Source: a plasmid | DNA: 64,000 bases | Sequence record: NZ_CP072340.1 | Reading direction: 5' to 3' (one strand) | Shown: positions 9,699 through 19,959 of the stretch, one piece after another | How positions within the stretch are numbered: position 1 is the stretch's first letter | Layout: each line of letters starts with the position of its first letter | Notes under the pieces: generated by a model | What the model was told of the DNA's origin: nothing | What the model saw: only the letters and a program-made list of their open reading frames with translations | Database searches by the model: none | Position numbers and translations under genes: made by a program

Positions 9699-11755
9699 TA
9701 GAAAAGGAACAGATTCTTTTGCTTACACAGGGAGGTCTGAATGTGTTTTCCCATTTCCTCGGCTTTGAGGTAAACCTTCATCGCAACTTCCGAAGCCCCT
9801 TCTATGACGACAGACGGGCTTCCTGCCATATCTACTACGACAGGAAAACTTCTTCTTACAAATTCTATGATCATGGCGATACCACCTATTCAGGGGATTG
9901 CTTCTGGTTTGTGGCAACCCTCCGTAACTTGAACCTGAAAACAAGTTTTCCCGAAGTCTTGGAAACTATTGTACAAGAACTTGGATTGTATTCTTTATGT
10001 GATGGTGAAAAGCATAGCAACCATATCACGTTATCATATAAAAGAACTATCGTTCCCACTCCTAAGGCTGATATAACCAAGTGTACGGAAGAACGTCCAT
10101 ACAGTTTTGAGATACAGCCTTTTGACGATGGACTGATGAACTATTGGGCGCATTATGGTATCCATGAAGATACACTTCGGCTTTTTCGTGTACGGAGTCT
10201 TAAACGGTATGATAGCGTATCAGCCGAAGGTAAGAAGTTTGAGCTTCACAGTTCGCCGACAGAACCGATATTCGCCTATATTGGAAATGGCTATGTCAAG
10301 ATATATCGCCCTCACAGTCCGAAAATCCGCTTTCTCTATGGCGGGCGGATGCCTATGACCTATTGTTTCGGCATGGAGCAGATTCCCACCAAAGGAGATA
10401 TGCTCTTCATTACAGGTGGGGAAAAAGATGTGCTCTCGTTGTATGCGCACGGGTTCAATGCAATCTGCTTCAACAGTGAAACGGCACAAATACCGGAAAG
10501 CATCATAGAGAGCCTTCAACTTCGCTTTCGGCATATCATTCTCTTGTATGATGCAGATGAGACGGGTGTACGGGAAGCGCATAGACAAGCTGAACATTTG
10601 GCAGAATACAAGGTATTGAATCTTACACTCCCACTTAGTGGAACCAAGGCGGAAAAGGACATTTCTGATTTCTTTGCCTTAGGCAACGGGGCGAAGGAAC
10701 TGAAAGAACTGCTTGCCAAGATGTTTACAGACCTATATAGCCAAACCATGATGATGCTTCGCTCCTGTGAGATTGACTACGACAATCCACCGGATATTTC
10801 CAAGACTGTGGTGGCTGTGAATGGTGTCCCTTTGGGAACGCAGGACAATCTGTTCTGCATTACCGGAGGTGAGGGTACGGGCAAGAGCAACTATGTAGGA
10901 GCCATCCTTGCCGGAGCTTTGGGGAATAAACGGCTGCCGATAGAGAAAACCTTGGGATTGGAGATTACCGCCAATCCCAAAGACTTGGCAGTCCTACATT
11001 ATGACACAGAACAGTCCGAGGCTCAACTGCACAAGAATCTGGGCAAGACATTGCGCCGGGCTTCATTGACGGCAGTACCGAAGTTTTACCATTCACTCTA
11101 CCTTGCCTCACTCTCTCGTAAGGACCGCTTGAAACTTATCCGTGAAAGTATGGACTTGTTCCATCACAAGCATGGTGGAATACACCTCGTTGTCATTGAT
11201 GGTATTGCTGATCTGATACGTTCTGCGAACGATGAAACGGAAAGTATAGCCATTGTTGACGAACTTTACCGCTTGGCAGGGATATACAATACTTGTATTA
11301 TCTGCGTATTGCACTTCGTGCCGAACGGCATCAAACTTCGGGGACATATCGGCTCGGAACTTCAACGTAAGGCGGCGGGTATCCTTTCCATAGAGAAAGA
11401 CGACAATCCCGAATACTCGGTCGTAAAGGCGTTGAAAGTGCGTGACGGAAGTCCGTTGGACGTACCGATGATGCTTTTCGGCTGGGACAAGGAAGAAGAC
11501 ATGCACGTCTATCGTGGTGAGAAGTCCAAGGAGGACAAGGAAAAACGCAAAACCGATGAGCTTATTGGCGTTGTCAAAGAAGCCTTCCGAAATTCTTTCA
11601 AGCTCACTTACCAAGAACTTTGTGAGGTTCTGATGCGAGAGATGGAAATCAAGGACAGGACCGCAAAGAAATATATTGCCTATATGAAAGAGCAGCGTAT
11701 TTTGATACAAGATACAAGTGGGAATTATCAAAAAGGAGAATTATGCCATACTTAG
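9695..11755 (+). CDS. DNA primase (zinc-finger + Toprim) fused to P-loop NTPase/helicase-like domain
   Basis: Toprim GGEKD...[10 protein letters not shown]; Walker [13 protein letters not shown]; Walker-B-like [11 protein letters not shown]. Confidence 0.75.
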   Translation: MIEKEQILLLTQGGLNVFSHFLGFEVNLHRNFRSPFYDDRRASCHIYYDRKTSSYKFYDHGDTTYSGDCFWFVATLRNLNLKTSFPEVLETIVQELGLYSLCDGEKHSNHITLSYKRTIVPTPKADITKCTEERPYSFEIQPFDDGLMNYWAHYGIHEDTLRLFRVRSLKRYDSVSAEGKKFELHSSPTEPIFAYIGNGYVKIYRPHSPKIRFLYGGRMPMTYCFGMEQIPTKGDMLFITGGEKDVLSLYAHGFNAICFNSETAQIPESIIESLQLRFRHIILLYDADETGVREAHRQAEHLAEYKVLNLTLPLSGTKAEKDISDFFALGNGAKELKELLAKMFTDLYSQTMMMLRSCEIDYDNPPDISKTVVAVNGVPLGTQDNLFCITGGEGTGKSNYVGAILAGALGNKRLPIEKTLGLEITANPKDLAVLHYDTEQSEAQLHKNLGKTLRRASLTAVPKFYHSLYLASLSRKDRLKLIRESMDLFHHKHGGIHLVVIDGIADLIRSANDETESIAIVDELYRLAGIYNTCIICVLHFVPNGIKLRGHIGSELQRKAAGILSIEKDDNPEYSVVKALKVRDGSPLDVPMMLFGWDKEEDMHVYRGEKSKEDKEKRKTDELIGVVKEAFRNSFKLTYQELCEVLMREMEIKDRTAKKYIAYMKEQRILIQDTSGNYQKGELCHT

Positions 11756-12051
11756 ATCAACAGCCAGAAGATACATGGCAGAAACGCCTGTTTGATAAAC
11801 TGAAGAATATGGAAGACAAGCTCGACCGTCTGCTTGTCCTACGGGAACAAGAAGTAGATACGACCATTCACCCTCCATTGAAACCCGAATACTTGGATAT
11901 CATAGATGTCTCCAAAATTTTGAAGGTGGAACAAAAGACCATTTACAACTGGGTTTGGGCTGGAAAAATTCCTTATCTTAAAGCCAATGGCAGATTACTT
12001 TTCCTTCGGAAAGAGATAGATGAAATGCTACGGAAACAAGGGAACTGGTAG
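11743..12051 (+). CDS. excisionase-family helix-turn-helix protein
   Basis: [33 protein letters not shown] motif typical of Xis/AlpA-like CTn proteins. Confidence 0.65.
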   Translation: MPYLDQQPEDTWQKRLFDKLKNMEDKLDRLLVLREQEVDTTIHPPLKPEYLDIIDVSKILKVEQKTIYNWVWAGKIPYLKANGRLLFLRKEIDEMLRKQGNW

Positions 12052-12056
12052 GCACC

Positions 12057-12111
12057 CGTTCATTATTTAATGCTTGTTCAATTTTGTTGAACAAGCATTA
12101 AATAATGAACG
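12057..12111 (+). terminator. perfect 25-bp inverted repeat hairpin (CGTTCATTATTTAATGCTTGTTCAA ttttg TTGAACAAGCATTAAATAATGAACG), terminator and/or operator
   Basis: Read directly, immediately 3' of 11743..12051; followed by TTGAACA/TGTTCA repeats to 12190. Confidence 0.6.
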
Positions 12112-12191
12112 AAAAAATTTGCAGTTTGATTTTTGTTCACTATCTTTGCAGTGTTCAATCCTATTGAACGACTATAAATATTGAACAAGAT

Positions 12192-13193
12192 ATGTACGGA
12201 ATACAGATTATAGATCAGGCGGTTAGTGCGATAAGGAGACAGTGGGAGGATTCTCAAGATGTCATAATCGATGCGCTTCAGCCGGAAACGCCTTCGATGG
12301 AACAATACGTCAGAATTATGGGCATAGAGTTCCGATGCCTTGTTGAAAATGAGATAAATGGAACAAATATCCTGCGCATTGAAGAAAAATCAAAGAGCTG
12401 TATGGGGACCTACAAGGGACCTGTCATATTGGTTGCAAGATATGTACAGCCATCTGTCTATGGAACTTTGCGTAAAATGGAACTTAACTTTGCTGACACG
12501 GCAGGTAACTACAATATACAGTACACGAAGGGCAGGAAAGTGATATTCCACCTTTCTCACACAGGGGAGAAAGTCCCTGTGAATAACAACAAAAACTATC
12601 CTATATTCCAAGAAGCAGGCCTGAAGGTAATCTTTTATCTCTTGCAAGCTCCTGAGAATGTGGGCAAATCTTTTCGGGAAATCAAGGAGTATAGTGGAGT
12701 TTCGATAGGTACTGTCAAAAATGTGATTGATGAATTGGAAGTCCGTAAGTTTATTCTCGTAACTCAGAAGAAAAGAGTTCTGAAAAAACGTCGTCTTTTG
12801 CTTGATTTATGGTCGGAAAACTATCGTCAGATATTAAAGCCCAAGTTGCTGTTGAAGCAGCTGGATTTTCGCACACCGGAACAAAAAGAAAAATGGGAAG
12901 AAATAGCATTGCCAAATGGTATGTTATGGGGTGGAGAGTGTGCATCTAATTTATTGAATGGTTACCTTACTCCGGAACTTTTTGAACTCTATACAGAGAC
13001 ACCTTTCTCCAATCTGATGAAGACCGGCGCAACACGGACTACCGAAGGAGTTATTTATATATATCAGAAGTTTTGGAAAGGCGATGTAATGCCCTGCATT
13101 TTGATATATGCCGATTTAGTAAGTAGCGGAGACAGCCGTTGTATTGAAGCTGCAAATAAATTATTAAAAGATGAACTTTCAGATTTCGAGTAA
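12192..13193 (+). CDS. hypothetical protein with central winged-HTH-like segment; first gene of 3-gene cassette
   Basis: SFREIKEYSGVSIGTVKNVIDELEVRKFIL HTH-like; 23-nt overlap with next gene. Confidence 0.5.
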   Translation: MYGIQIIDQAVSAIRRQWEDSQDVIIDALQPETPSMEQYVRIMGIEFRCLVENEINGTNILRIEEKSKSCMGTYKGPVILVARYVQPSVYGTLRKMELNFADTAGNYNIQYTKGRKVIFHLSHTGEKVPVNNNKNYPIFQEAGLKVIFYLLQAPENVGKSFREIKEYSGVSIGTVKNVIDELEVRKFILVTQKKRVLKKRRLLLDLWSENYRQILKPKLLLKQLDFRTPEQKEKWEEIALPNGMLWGGECASNLLNGYLTPELFELYTETPFSNLMKTGATRTTEGVIYIYQKFWKGDVMPCILIYADLVSSGDSRCIEAANKLLKDELSDFE

Positions 13194-14025
13194 GAAGATT
13201 GGCAACCCCCTGTTGGTTGAACTGCTAAGAAAAGTCAGTCATTGTTTTGCTGAGATTGGGCAGGATTTCTTTGTTATCGGGGCTACTGCGCGAGATATTT
13301 TAATTCGGCAGTTAGTAGGTATAAGTTCAGGGAGAAAGACGAGGGATTTAGACCTCGCCATAGCCATTCCCGATTGGAATGCATTCGAAGAGATTAAGCG
13401 GGCATTATTAGCACGAGGGTTTCAAAAAGACGGACAGATGTATCAACGGTTCTATGATGGCGACTACGAAATTGACATAGTACCATACGGAGATATAGAA
13501 AGAGAAGATGGATACATATACTGGCCTCCTGAGGAGGATATAGCTATGTCCGTTAAGGGGTTTGCTGATGTGCTGAGTGATGCTATTACCGTAACGATTG
13601 ACAATGAATTCGACATCAAGATAGCATCGTTGCATGGATTATTTGTATTGAAGTTCAATGCTTGGTTAGACAGGAATATCCAAACGAATAAAGATGCCGT
13701 AGATATGGCATTCATTCTGGAAAACTATTTCATTGCTAACTTGAATAGGAACTTGCATGCAGAAGTGTATGATTGGGAAGACTTTGATGAGATTGTTGTC
13801 GGAGCTTATTGGCTTGCTTATGACATTGTCGGATTTCTATCAAAAGAGCATCTTTGCCACTATGAGCAATGTCTGCGGAATGAGATAGAGAAAAGAGAAA
13901 ATAGCAGGCTGATACAACAGGTTATAGATAGTAGCAGTGTTTTTTCTTATGAGAAACTGCTCCTCGCATTTCAAAAAATGATTGCCGTATTTGATAAAGT
14001 TTTGCATGGTGAAGATCCAGATTGA
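13171..14025 (+). CDS. Pol-beta-superfamily nucleotidyltransferase (class-II/CCA-PAP-head-like, MenT/AbiEii-like minimal NTase)
   Basis: IGATARDILIRQ...TRDLDLAIAI...YEIDIVPYGD = G[AS]x..DxD..D NTase catalytic pattern with GGxxRD-like head. Confidence 0.65.
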   Translation: MNFQISSKKIGNPLLVELLRKVSHCFAEIGQDFFVIGATARDILIRQLVGISSGRKTRDLDLAIAIPDWNAFEEIKRALLARGFQKDGQMYQRFYDGDYEIDIVPYGDIEREDGYIYWPPEEDIAMSVKGFADVLSDAITVTIDNEFDIKIASLHGLFVLKFNAWLDRNIQTNKDAVDMAFILENYFIANLNRNLHAEVYDWEDFDEIVVGAYWLAYDIVGFLSKEHLCHYEQCLRNEIEKRENSRLIQQVIDSSSVFSYEKLLLAFQKMIAVFDKVLHGEDPD

Positions 14026-14641
14026 AAGCTTAAGTATTCCGGCTGGTAAAGAAAATGGAGATTACATTCTCCAACGAGAATTGCCTAATGGAGCAACACT
14101 CATTCTACTTGCAGATGGGATGGGTGGTTTGTCATTGCCGGAAAGTGCTTCAAAAATTGTTTGCGAAGCTATCTCAGAATATTTCGTAAAAACCGATATA
14201 ATTGATTGTACGGAACATATCCTCAGGAGCATCAAATATGCTGATGAGCGTCTGGCTGCTTTTTGCAAGGAGAAGAAATCCAAGATGGGTGCGGCTTTAC
14301 TTCTTGTATATATCAGTGATGCTATGCTCTTCTACACATCTTTGGGAGATGTGCGCCTATACTATCGAGACAAACAAGGAGAAGTAATTCAACTAACAAA
14401 CGATGATACCATTATGCAAGGAGCAGACACTTATCTGACAGCTTGCATTGCGGGAAGAGGTTTTAGAAACCCCATTCAGGTTCAACGTTTGCCATTGAAT
14501 ATGGGTGATTCTCTGCTGCTTTGTAGTGATGGCTATTACAAAGTTCATGATATTCCCCATTGTTTTCACCATAAAGAGCAGACACCTCCAACATTGGTAG
14601 ATGACGACAGCTCTGTTGTCAGAATAGAAATTATACAATGA
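13982..14641 (+). CDS. PP2C-family Ser/Thr protein phosphatase
   Basis: LILLADGMGG (PP2C motif 1) and LLLCSDGYYKV (PP2C DG motif); 44-nt overlap with NTase gene (alt start 14006). Confidence 0.7.
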   Translation: MPYLIKFCMVKIQIESLSIPAGKENGDYILQRELPNGATLILLADGMGGLSLPESASKIVCEAISEYFVKTDIIDCTEHILRSIKYADERLAAFCKEKKSKMGAALLLVYISDAMLFYTSLGDVRLYYRDKQGEVIQLTNDDTIMQGADTYLTACIAGRGFRNPIQVQRLPLNMGDSLLLCSDGYYKVHDIPHCFHHKEQTPPTLVDDDSSVVRIEIIQ

Positions 14642-14727
14642 ATCTGTCAAATTCTCTGATACGGTTTCTCAAAAGCGTCAAACACTTTATTTCAAGTACT
14701 TGGCGCTTTTCGATACAATAAGACATT

Positions 14728-16320
14728 CTACATCTTCCACTTTGGTTTTGAGATAATAACTTTGCTCGTAATGTCATTGTTGTCGGATACATTCTGCTGA
14801 CTATTGTTCTTGGGAGATGTGGGCAAAGGTATGTTGTCTGTGTTTTTTGAGAATGAATTCTTATAAGAACGGGGTTCTGATATATCATCTACTGATTTAC
14901 TTTGCTGTATGGCACCATGCTGTGCCTCTTGCCCTATATCCTCTTTTTCCTCCTCCGGTGGAGCAAGGGTAAGTGCAATTCGCCTATCCAGTTCGGCTGC
15001 CTCGCCTTTGAGCGTGCGAAGCTCTTCTTCCTTTTTCCAAGAGCTGCCCGCAATGTTGGTGTAAACGTCTTTATTGGCTGCGACCTTTTCCATCTCCTTT
15101 TCGTGCGACTCTATTACCTTCGGGATACGCTCCAAGGCATTGATAAAGTTCTGGCAAGCAAGTTTCGGATCGGATGCCAGCTTACCGTTATTATAGGTAT
15201 AGTAGATACTCTCCTGCCCCTTCACAAAGAAACGATTTACAGAGCAATCAAACAAGTCCTTGGAAGTGCTCTCCGTCTTAACCATAATAGAAAAGCCATA
15301 AATCTCACCGATTTTGTTGTATTCCCCCTTGGTGCGTGCTTTCTCGTCTATTTCCTGCAGACGTGCAGCAATGGCCTTGATATCGGTGCTGTCTTCCACA
15401 CCTTTGATAGTCAGCTTATTGATAGGCACACCTTCCTCATCACGCTCCACACGCTTCTCAAAGAGAGCCAAGTCAGACTGTGCCTCCTTGACTTTGTCTG
15501 TATGGAAAGACACGGAACTCTCAATCTCTGCCAGCTTGCCCGTTGCGGCATCACGCTCACGGAGAAAGTTCTTGCGCTCTGATTCCAAGGTGGTAATCTT
15601 CTTATCCAATCTTGCTTTTTCCAAAAGGTCGGTATTGCCTGAAAGTACTGCTACATATTCTGAAAAGTTCATACCGCTGTCCTCGTCCATCGATCCCTCG
15701 TCAATGGTACGGCTCCCTAAAGTGTTCGTCTTTAACTGGTTGATGAAAAGCTGCTTGTTGTGCAGCAGGTTGAACTTGTAACTGTCCAACGAGCGTTCCA
15801 CGGCATAAATAATCACATCGACCTTGTTGTCGGCAAACTCCTTGGCAACAAGATTACCTTTACGGATGGCACGCCCGTTACGCTGCTCTAAGTCCGATGG
15901 TCGCCACGGCGTGTCAAGTTGATGGACCGCTACTGCCCGCTGCTGGGCATTCACACCTGTGCCCAACATGGACGTAGAACCGAAGATAATGCGAATATCA
16001 CCACGGTTCATCGCATCTACCATTGCCTTCTTTGCTTTCTCGTTCTTGCACTCCTGAATGAAGCGTATCTCATAAGATGGAATATGATAGTCTTCTACCA
16101 ACTTTCTCTTGATTTCCGAATAGATATTGAAGTCTCCACCAGGCTTGTAAGTACCCAAGTCTGAGAAAACAAACTGCGTTCCTTTCTGTGCATCGTACTT
16201 TTGGTAATAGTCATTGAGCATTTTGGCACAGTGACTTGCCTTGTTGTCGATATGATCTGAGTAAGCATTTTCATCAATCATGCGTAAATCAAGGCTCATC
16301 TTCCTCGCATAATCAGTCAT
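14728..16320 (-). CDS. SNF2-helicase C-terminal domain protein = 3' fragment of the split N6-methylase/helicase gene
   Basis: Helicase motifs GSTSMLGTGVNAQ...QRNGRAIRKGN; begins MTDYARK, the same residues that end the 5' fragment at 27.7 kb; in-frame stop 9 nt upstream of ATG. Confidence 0.8.
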   Translation of the reverse strand: MTDYARKMSLDLRMIDENAYSDHIDNKASHCAKMLNDYYQKYDAQKGTQFVFSDLGTYKPGGDFNIYSEIKRKLVEDYHIPSYEIRFIQECKNEKAKKAMVDAMNRGDIRIIFGSTSMLGTGVNAQQRAVAVHQLDTPWRPSDLEQRNGRAIRKGNLVAKEFADNKVDVIIYAVERSLDSYKFNLLHNKQLFINQLKTNTLGSRTIDEGSMDEDSGMNFSEYVAVLSGNTDLLEKARLDKKITTLESERKNFLRERDAATGKLAEIESSVSFHTDKVKEAQSDLALFEKRVERDEEGVPINKLTIKGVEDSTDIKAIAARLQEIDEKARTKGEYNKIGEIYGFSIMVKTESTSKDLFDCSVNRFFVKGQESIYYTYNNGKLASDPKLACQNFINALERIPKVIESHEKEMEKVAANKDVYTNIAGSSWKKEEELRTLKGEAAELDRRIALTLAPPEEEKEDIGQEAQHGAIQQSKSVDDISEPRSYKNSFSKNTDNIPLPTSPKNNSQQNVSDNNDITSKVIISKPKWKM

Positions 16321-16427
16321 TAAGAATTAAGGGAAATAGGGGGAAACGCAAGGAATGTAACTATTTGAAATAATATCATTTAGCATTTTCTTACTATTTT
16401 GAGGGTAAGCAAGAACGAGCATCAAAC

Positions 16428-16495
16428 GGCAGGAGTTCCGTTACCAAATCGTAACCCATCAGGGAAAAAGCAAAAAGGGGTTACGAATTGAATGT
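16428..16495. repeat. conserved left-end block with inverted repeat CGTAACCC..(19 nt)..GGGTTACG (candidate attL/integrase site)
   Basis: Near-identical to 33816-33885. Confidence 0.6.
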
Positions 16496-17831
16496 AAACA
16501 ACTGTGTCATAGGTTTTTATTCTTCATCTTTCATTATTCTGCATCGCTCAGGAATACTTGTTCGTATGTACCTTTGCAAGCAAAGGAAATTTAGAAAAAA
16601 CGACAGAAAAATGAAAGAAAACAAACTCAAAGTATCGTTCTTCGTTCAGGCGAAACGAACCGACAAGAAAGGACTTGTGCCTGTCATTGGGCGAATCTCC
16701 GTTGGCAGAACCCATTCGGGCTTCTCCACCAAGTGTAAGACTCCGCTCGCTCTTTGGGACAGCCGTAAGCAACGGCTCATCGGTAAGAGCAGCATGGCTG
16801 TGTCCGTCAATCAGAAACTCGGCGAATGCACCGCACTTATCCACGCACGCTTTCACGAACTCAGTGAAAGGAAAGAAACTTTCACAGCCACAGACGTGAG
16901 GGATGCCTATCAAGGACAAATCCACCGCCAAACCCTGCTCTTGGAGAGTTTCGGGGAGTATCTCACACAGACAAAGGAGCGCATAGGCATTGATAGAGCT
17001 TTAAAGACATTCAAACTCCGTACCTACCAGCTATCCCTGCTTCGTGAGTATGTGCAGAAGAAGCACAAAGTAAGCGACATTCCACTCTCACAGCTGGACA
17101 AAGCATTTATCGAGGGCTTCGAGTATTATCTCACCATTGACCGAAAGCTGAAACGCAGCAGCGTATCGAGTGCCTTATCCACCTTGCAGACCATCGTCCG
17201 CATGGCGGTAAAGAAAGGTGTGCTGGACTTCTATCCTTTTTTGGGATACAGTTACGAGCGACCAAAGGGTGAACCAAGAAGCATTACGCAGGAAGAACTT
17301 GAGCGCATCATCGAGTTGAAGATTGAATGGGAGAACTATCGTATTGTCCGTGATTTGTTCGTCTTCTCCTGCTTTTCAGGGCTTGCCATCTCCGATGTCC
17401 GCAATCTGAGAGAGGAAAACATTGTCTTGGAAGAAGGCGAACTCTGCATCAAGGGCAGCCGAATGAAGACCAAAACTCCGTATCGTGTACAGGTACTTCC
17501 TCCTGCTTGGGCGATAATGGAGCGTTACAGAGGAAAGCGTGCAGGCTTTGTCTTTGACGTACCGACTACCGACATTATCCTCAATGGCATGCACCACATA
17601 CAGAGAAACATCGGCATGGAAAGTCCGCTGACCTTCCACATGGCTCGGCACACCTTTGCGTCGCTAATCACACTCTCGGCAGGTGTACCTATCGAAACGG
17701 TGAGCCGTATGCTCGGACACACCAACCTGAGAACAACACAGGTATATGCAGCGGTTTCCTCCGAAAGAATCCATCGGGACATGCAGATAGTGCAGCAGCG
17801 CATACAAGATACATTCACCTTAAAACTTTGA
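16488..17831 (+). CDS. tyrosine integrase, first of pair (true start probably 16611 MKENKLKV)
   Basis: HMARHTFASL...GHTNLRTTQVYAAV; ORF-track N-terminus overlaps conserved noncoding end repeat. Confidence 0.85.
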   Translation: MNVNNCVIGFYSSSFIILHRSGILVRMYLCKQRKFRKNDRKMKENKLKVSFFVQAKRTDKKGLVPVIGRISVGRTHSGFSTKCKTPLALWDSRKQRLIGKSSMAVSVNQKLGECTALIHARFHELSERKETFTATDVRDAYQGQIHRQTLLLESFGEYLTQTKERIGIDRALKTFKLRTYQLSLLREYVQKKHKVSDIPLSQLDKAFIEGFEYYLTIDRKLKRSSVSSALSTLQTIVRMAVKKGVLDFYPFLGYSYERPKGEPRSITQEELERIIELKIEWENYRIVRDLFVFSCFSGLAISDVRNLREENIVLEEGELCIKGSRMKTKTPYRVQVLPPAWAIMERYRGKRAGFVFDVPTTDIILNGMHHIQRNIGMESPLTFHMARHTFASLITLSAGVPIETVSRMLGHTNLRTTQVYAAVSSERIHRDMQIVQQRIQDTFTLKL

Positions 17832-17835
17832 CCTC

Positions 17836-19104
17836 ATGACACGTAGTACATTCAAGACACTCTTTTATATCAATCGCTCCAAAGAGAAAAAGAACGGCAA
17901 ATGCCCGATTATGGGACGCATCACCATAGACGGTGAGCAGGTGCAATACAGCACGGGCAAGGAAATCGCTCCCGAACTTTGGGACAGTCGTAAGGGACGA
18001 TGCAAGGGTATAGGCGAAGAGACAAAGGAAATCAACCGCTATTTACAAAGCAAAGAGGAACAAGCCAAAGCGAAGTATCAAGAATTAGTCTGGCAACGTG
18101 GCTATATTACCGCTGAGTTGCTGAAGCGTGAACTCATGGAAGAAGACAAGCCCAAAGGTTTTCTTATGGAGGAAGCACGACTTTTCATAGAGGAAAAGCG
18201 TCCTTGCGTAGGAATAACGGTAGCCAAGCCGACCTTTGCCAACTACATCTATGCCACACAACTCATTGAGGCTTATTTGCGTGAACGCTTGGGGCTGGAG
18301 GATATTCGCTACTCATCGCTTGACTATGGTTTCATCGAGGGGCTGGACTTCTATCTTAAATCAGAGCGCAAACTCTCCCTTGCCACCATTCAGATTGTTG
18401 TCATTTTCCTGAGGAAACTCATCGGCATAGGTCAGCAGAAGAAGTATATCCGCATCGATCCGTTTGCAGACTACAAAGCAGAACTTCCACACCGCACAAG
18501 ACGTTATCTCACTACGGAGGAACTACAACGAGTATTGCAAACACCCATCATTGACAGACAATTCGAGCGAGCAAGGCAACTATTCCTTTTCTGTGCCTTC
18601 ACCGGTTTGGCTCGTGTAGATATGCAACGGCTCAAACCGAAGCATATCATCTATAATGCTGACGGCACGGCGGAAATCCGCATCAAAAGGCAGAAAACAG
18701 ACGTGGAAGCCATCATTCCACTCCTGCCCATTGCCACGCAAATCCTTTCGCTCTATATCAAGGACAAGAAAGCAGACGACTTGATATTCCCCAATCTCAC
18801 AATAAGGAAAGCATCCTTTGCGTGTGTGAACATCGGGCAGATATGCCGGATAGAGAAAGGCTTGACCTTTCACATGGCTCGCCACACATTCTCAACCACG
18901 ATTTGCCTTTCCAACGGCATCTCAATGGAAACGCTCAGCAAGATGCTCGGACACAGCAATATAGGTACGACACAAATCTACGGAAAGATAACCGACCACA
19001 AGATACAAGAGGATATGACCGCACTCACTGACAGGGAGCATTCTGTATTTGAGGGTTATTGTGAGTCGATAGCACGGCAGAACGTTCCATTGCAACAAGC
19101 ATAA
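17836..19104 (+). CDS. tyrosine integrase, second of pair
   Basis: MGRITIDGEQ arm-type N-term; HMARHTFSTT...GHSNIGTTQIYGKI. Confidence 0.85.
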   Translation: MTRSTFKTLFYINRSKEKKNGKCPIMGRITIDGEQVQYSTGKEIAPELWDSRKGRCKGIGEETKEINRYLQSKEEQAKAKYQELVWQRGYITAELLKRELMEEDKPKGFLMEEARLFIEEKRPCVGITVAKPTFANYIYATQLIEAYLRERLGLEDIRYSSLDYGFIEGLDFYLKSERKLSLATIQIVVIFLRKLIGIGQQKKYIRIDPFADYKAELPHRTRRYLTTEELQRVLQTPIIDRQFERARQLFLFCAFTGLARVDMQRLKPKHIIYNADGTAEIRIKRQKTDVEAIIPLLPIATQILSLYIKDKKADDLIFPNLTIRKASFACVNIGQICRIEKGLTFHMARHTFSTTICLSNGISMETLSKMLGHSNIGTTQIYGKITDHKIQEDMTALTDREHSVFEGYCESIARQNVPLQQA

Positions 19105-19156
19105 AAAGGAAGTAATTACCAAACATTTATTATTCACGATTGAAAACCAAACGATT

Positions 19157-19624
19157 ATGAAAGAGAACAACAAACAGGAACTTTCTTACTTTCGATTGAA
19201 ATTAAGAAGTTATATGAGTGAGCATCACCCCGAAAAATTGCACGACACGGAGTTTATCACCACACGAGCAGACATGGCTCTCACTGCCTACTGCGATGCT
19301 GTGGCACAAGGTTTTTCGCACCTCGAAGCAGAGAACATAGCAAGTGAGGTGTTGTATCAAGGTTTGCACTTTTCCAAGTACGACACGCTTGTTTCTGTCT
19401 TAGAGAACGAGTTTGAGAGGGAACTGCCTGCACCACTCCCTGAGAAGCTTGCACCCATATTGTTGTCGAATGAGGCTGTTCAAGCCACATTCGACAAGTT
19501 CGGTTTGACGGACACATTTGCTTCTGACGAGCAATACGACCGTCTTTACACCGAACTCACAGGCACGATTGTGCTGCTCATCGAGAGCAATCATTTGCCA
19601 ATAATCGGTCAGACGGAGGGGTAA
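19157..19624 (+). CDS. conserved hypothetical protein of Bacteroides integrative elements (homolog at 36507..36977)
   Basis: ~85% identical paralog in element 3. Confidence 0.6.
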   Translation: MKENNKQELSYFRLKLRSYMSEHHPEKLHDTEFITTRADMALTAYCDAVAQGFSHLEAENIASEVLYQGLHFSKYDTLVSVLENEFERELPAPLPEKLAPILLSNEAVQATFDKFGLTDTFASDEQYDRLYTELTGTIVLLIESNHLPIIGQTEG

Positions 19625-19714
19625 GTCCAAAGGCGTTGTAAGCAAAGGCACACGCAAAGTCCCTGATGCCGTTTCTTATCGTGCAAAGGTACAACGGCAG
19701 CTAATCTGCCCTGA

Positions 19715-19761
19715 CAAGGTCAAGTCCTGCGGATGGAGAGAAGAATCTCCACCGCAGGATT
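19715..19761 (+). terminator. hairpin TCCTGCGGATGGAGA..TCTCCACCGCAGGA + T-tract
   Basis: Read directly; conserved copy at 37078-37121. Confidence 0.6.
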
Positions 19762-19959
19762 TTTCTTTTTCAAGGTGGTATTGCCATTTTCAATAGCCAT
19801 GCGGTCGTATTCATCTCTCCCAACCTTGCAGAGCAGGGCTGCCGTAGAGAGTATAGGCACGACAAGAATACGGCATACTCAGGCTCTTTGGACGCAAGGC
19901 GTAACAACCAACAACAGATAGGACTGACGATAATACGGACAATCTGTTGTTTGTACAAT

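Noticed and set aside
13171-14025. Possibility that the NTase is an aminoglycoside/lincosamide nucleotidyltransferase resistance gene (CTn cargo slot)
   Set aside because: The motif spacing and GATARD..DLDL head resemble CCA/PAP-like class-II NTases, not ANT(6)/ANT(9)/Lnu families as I recall them. Tight coupling to a PP2C and a wHTH protein is atypical for resistance genes. Not fully excluded without a profile search.
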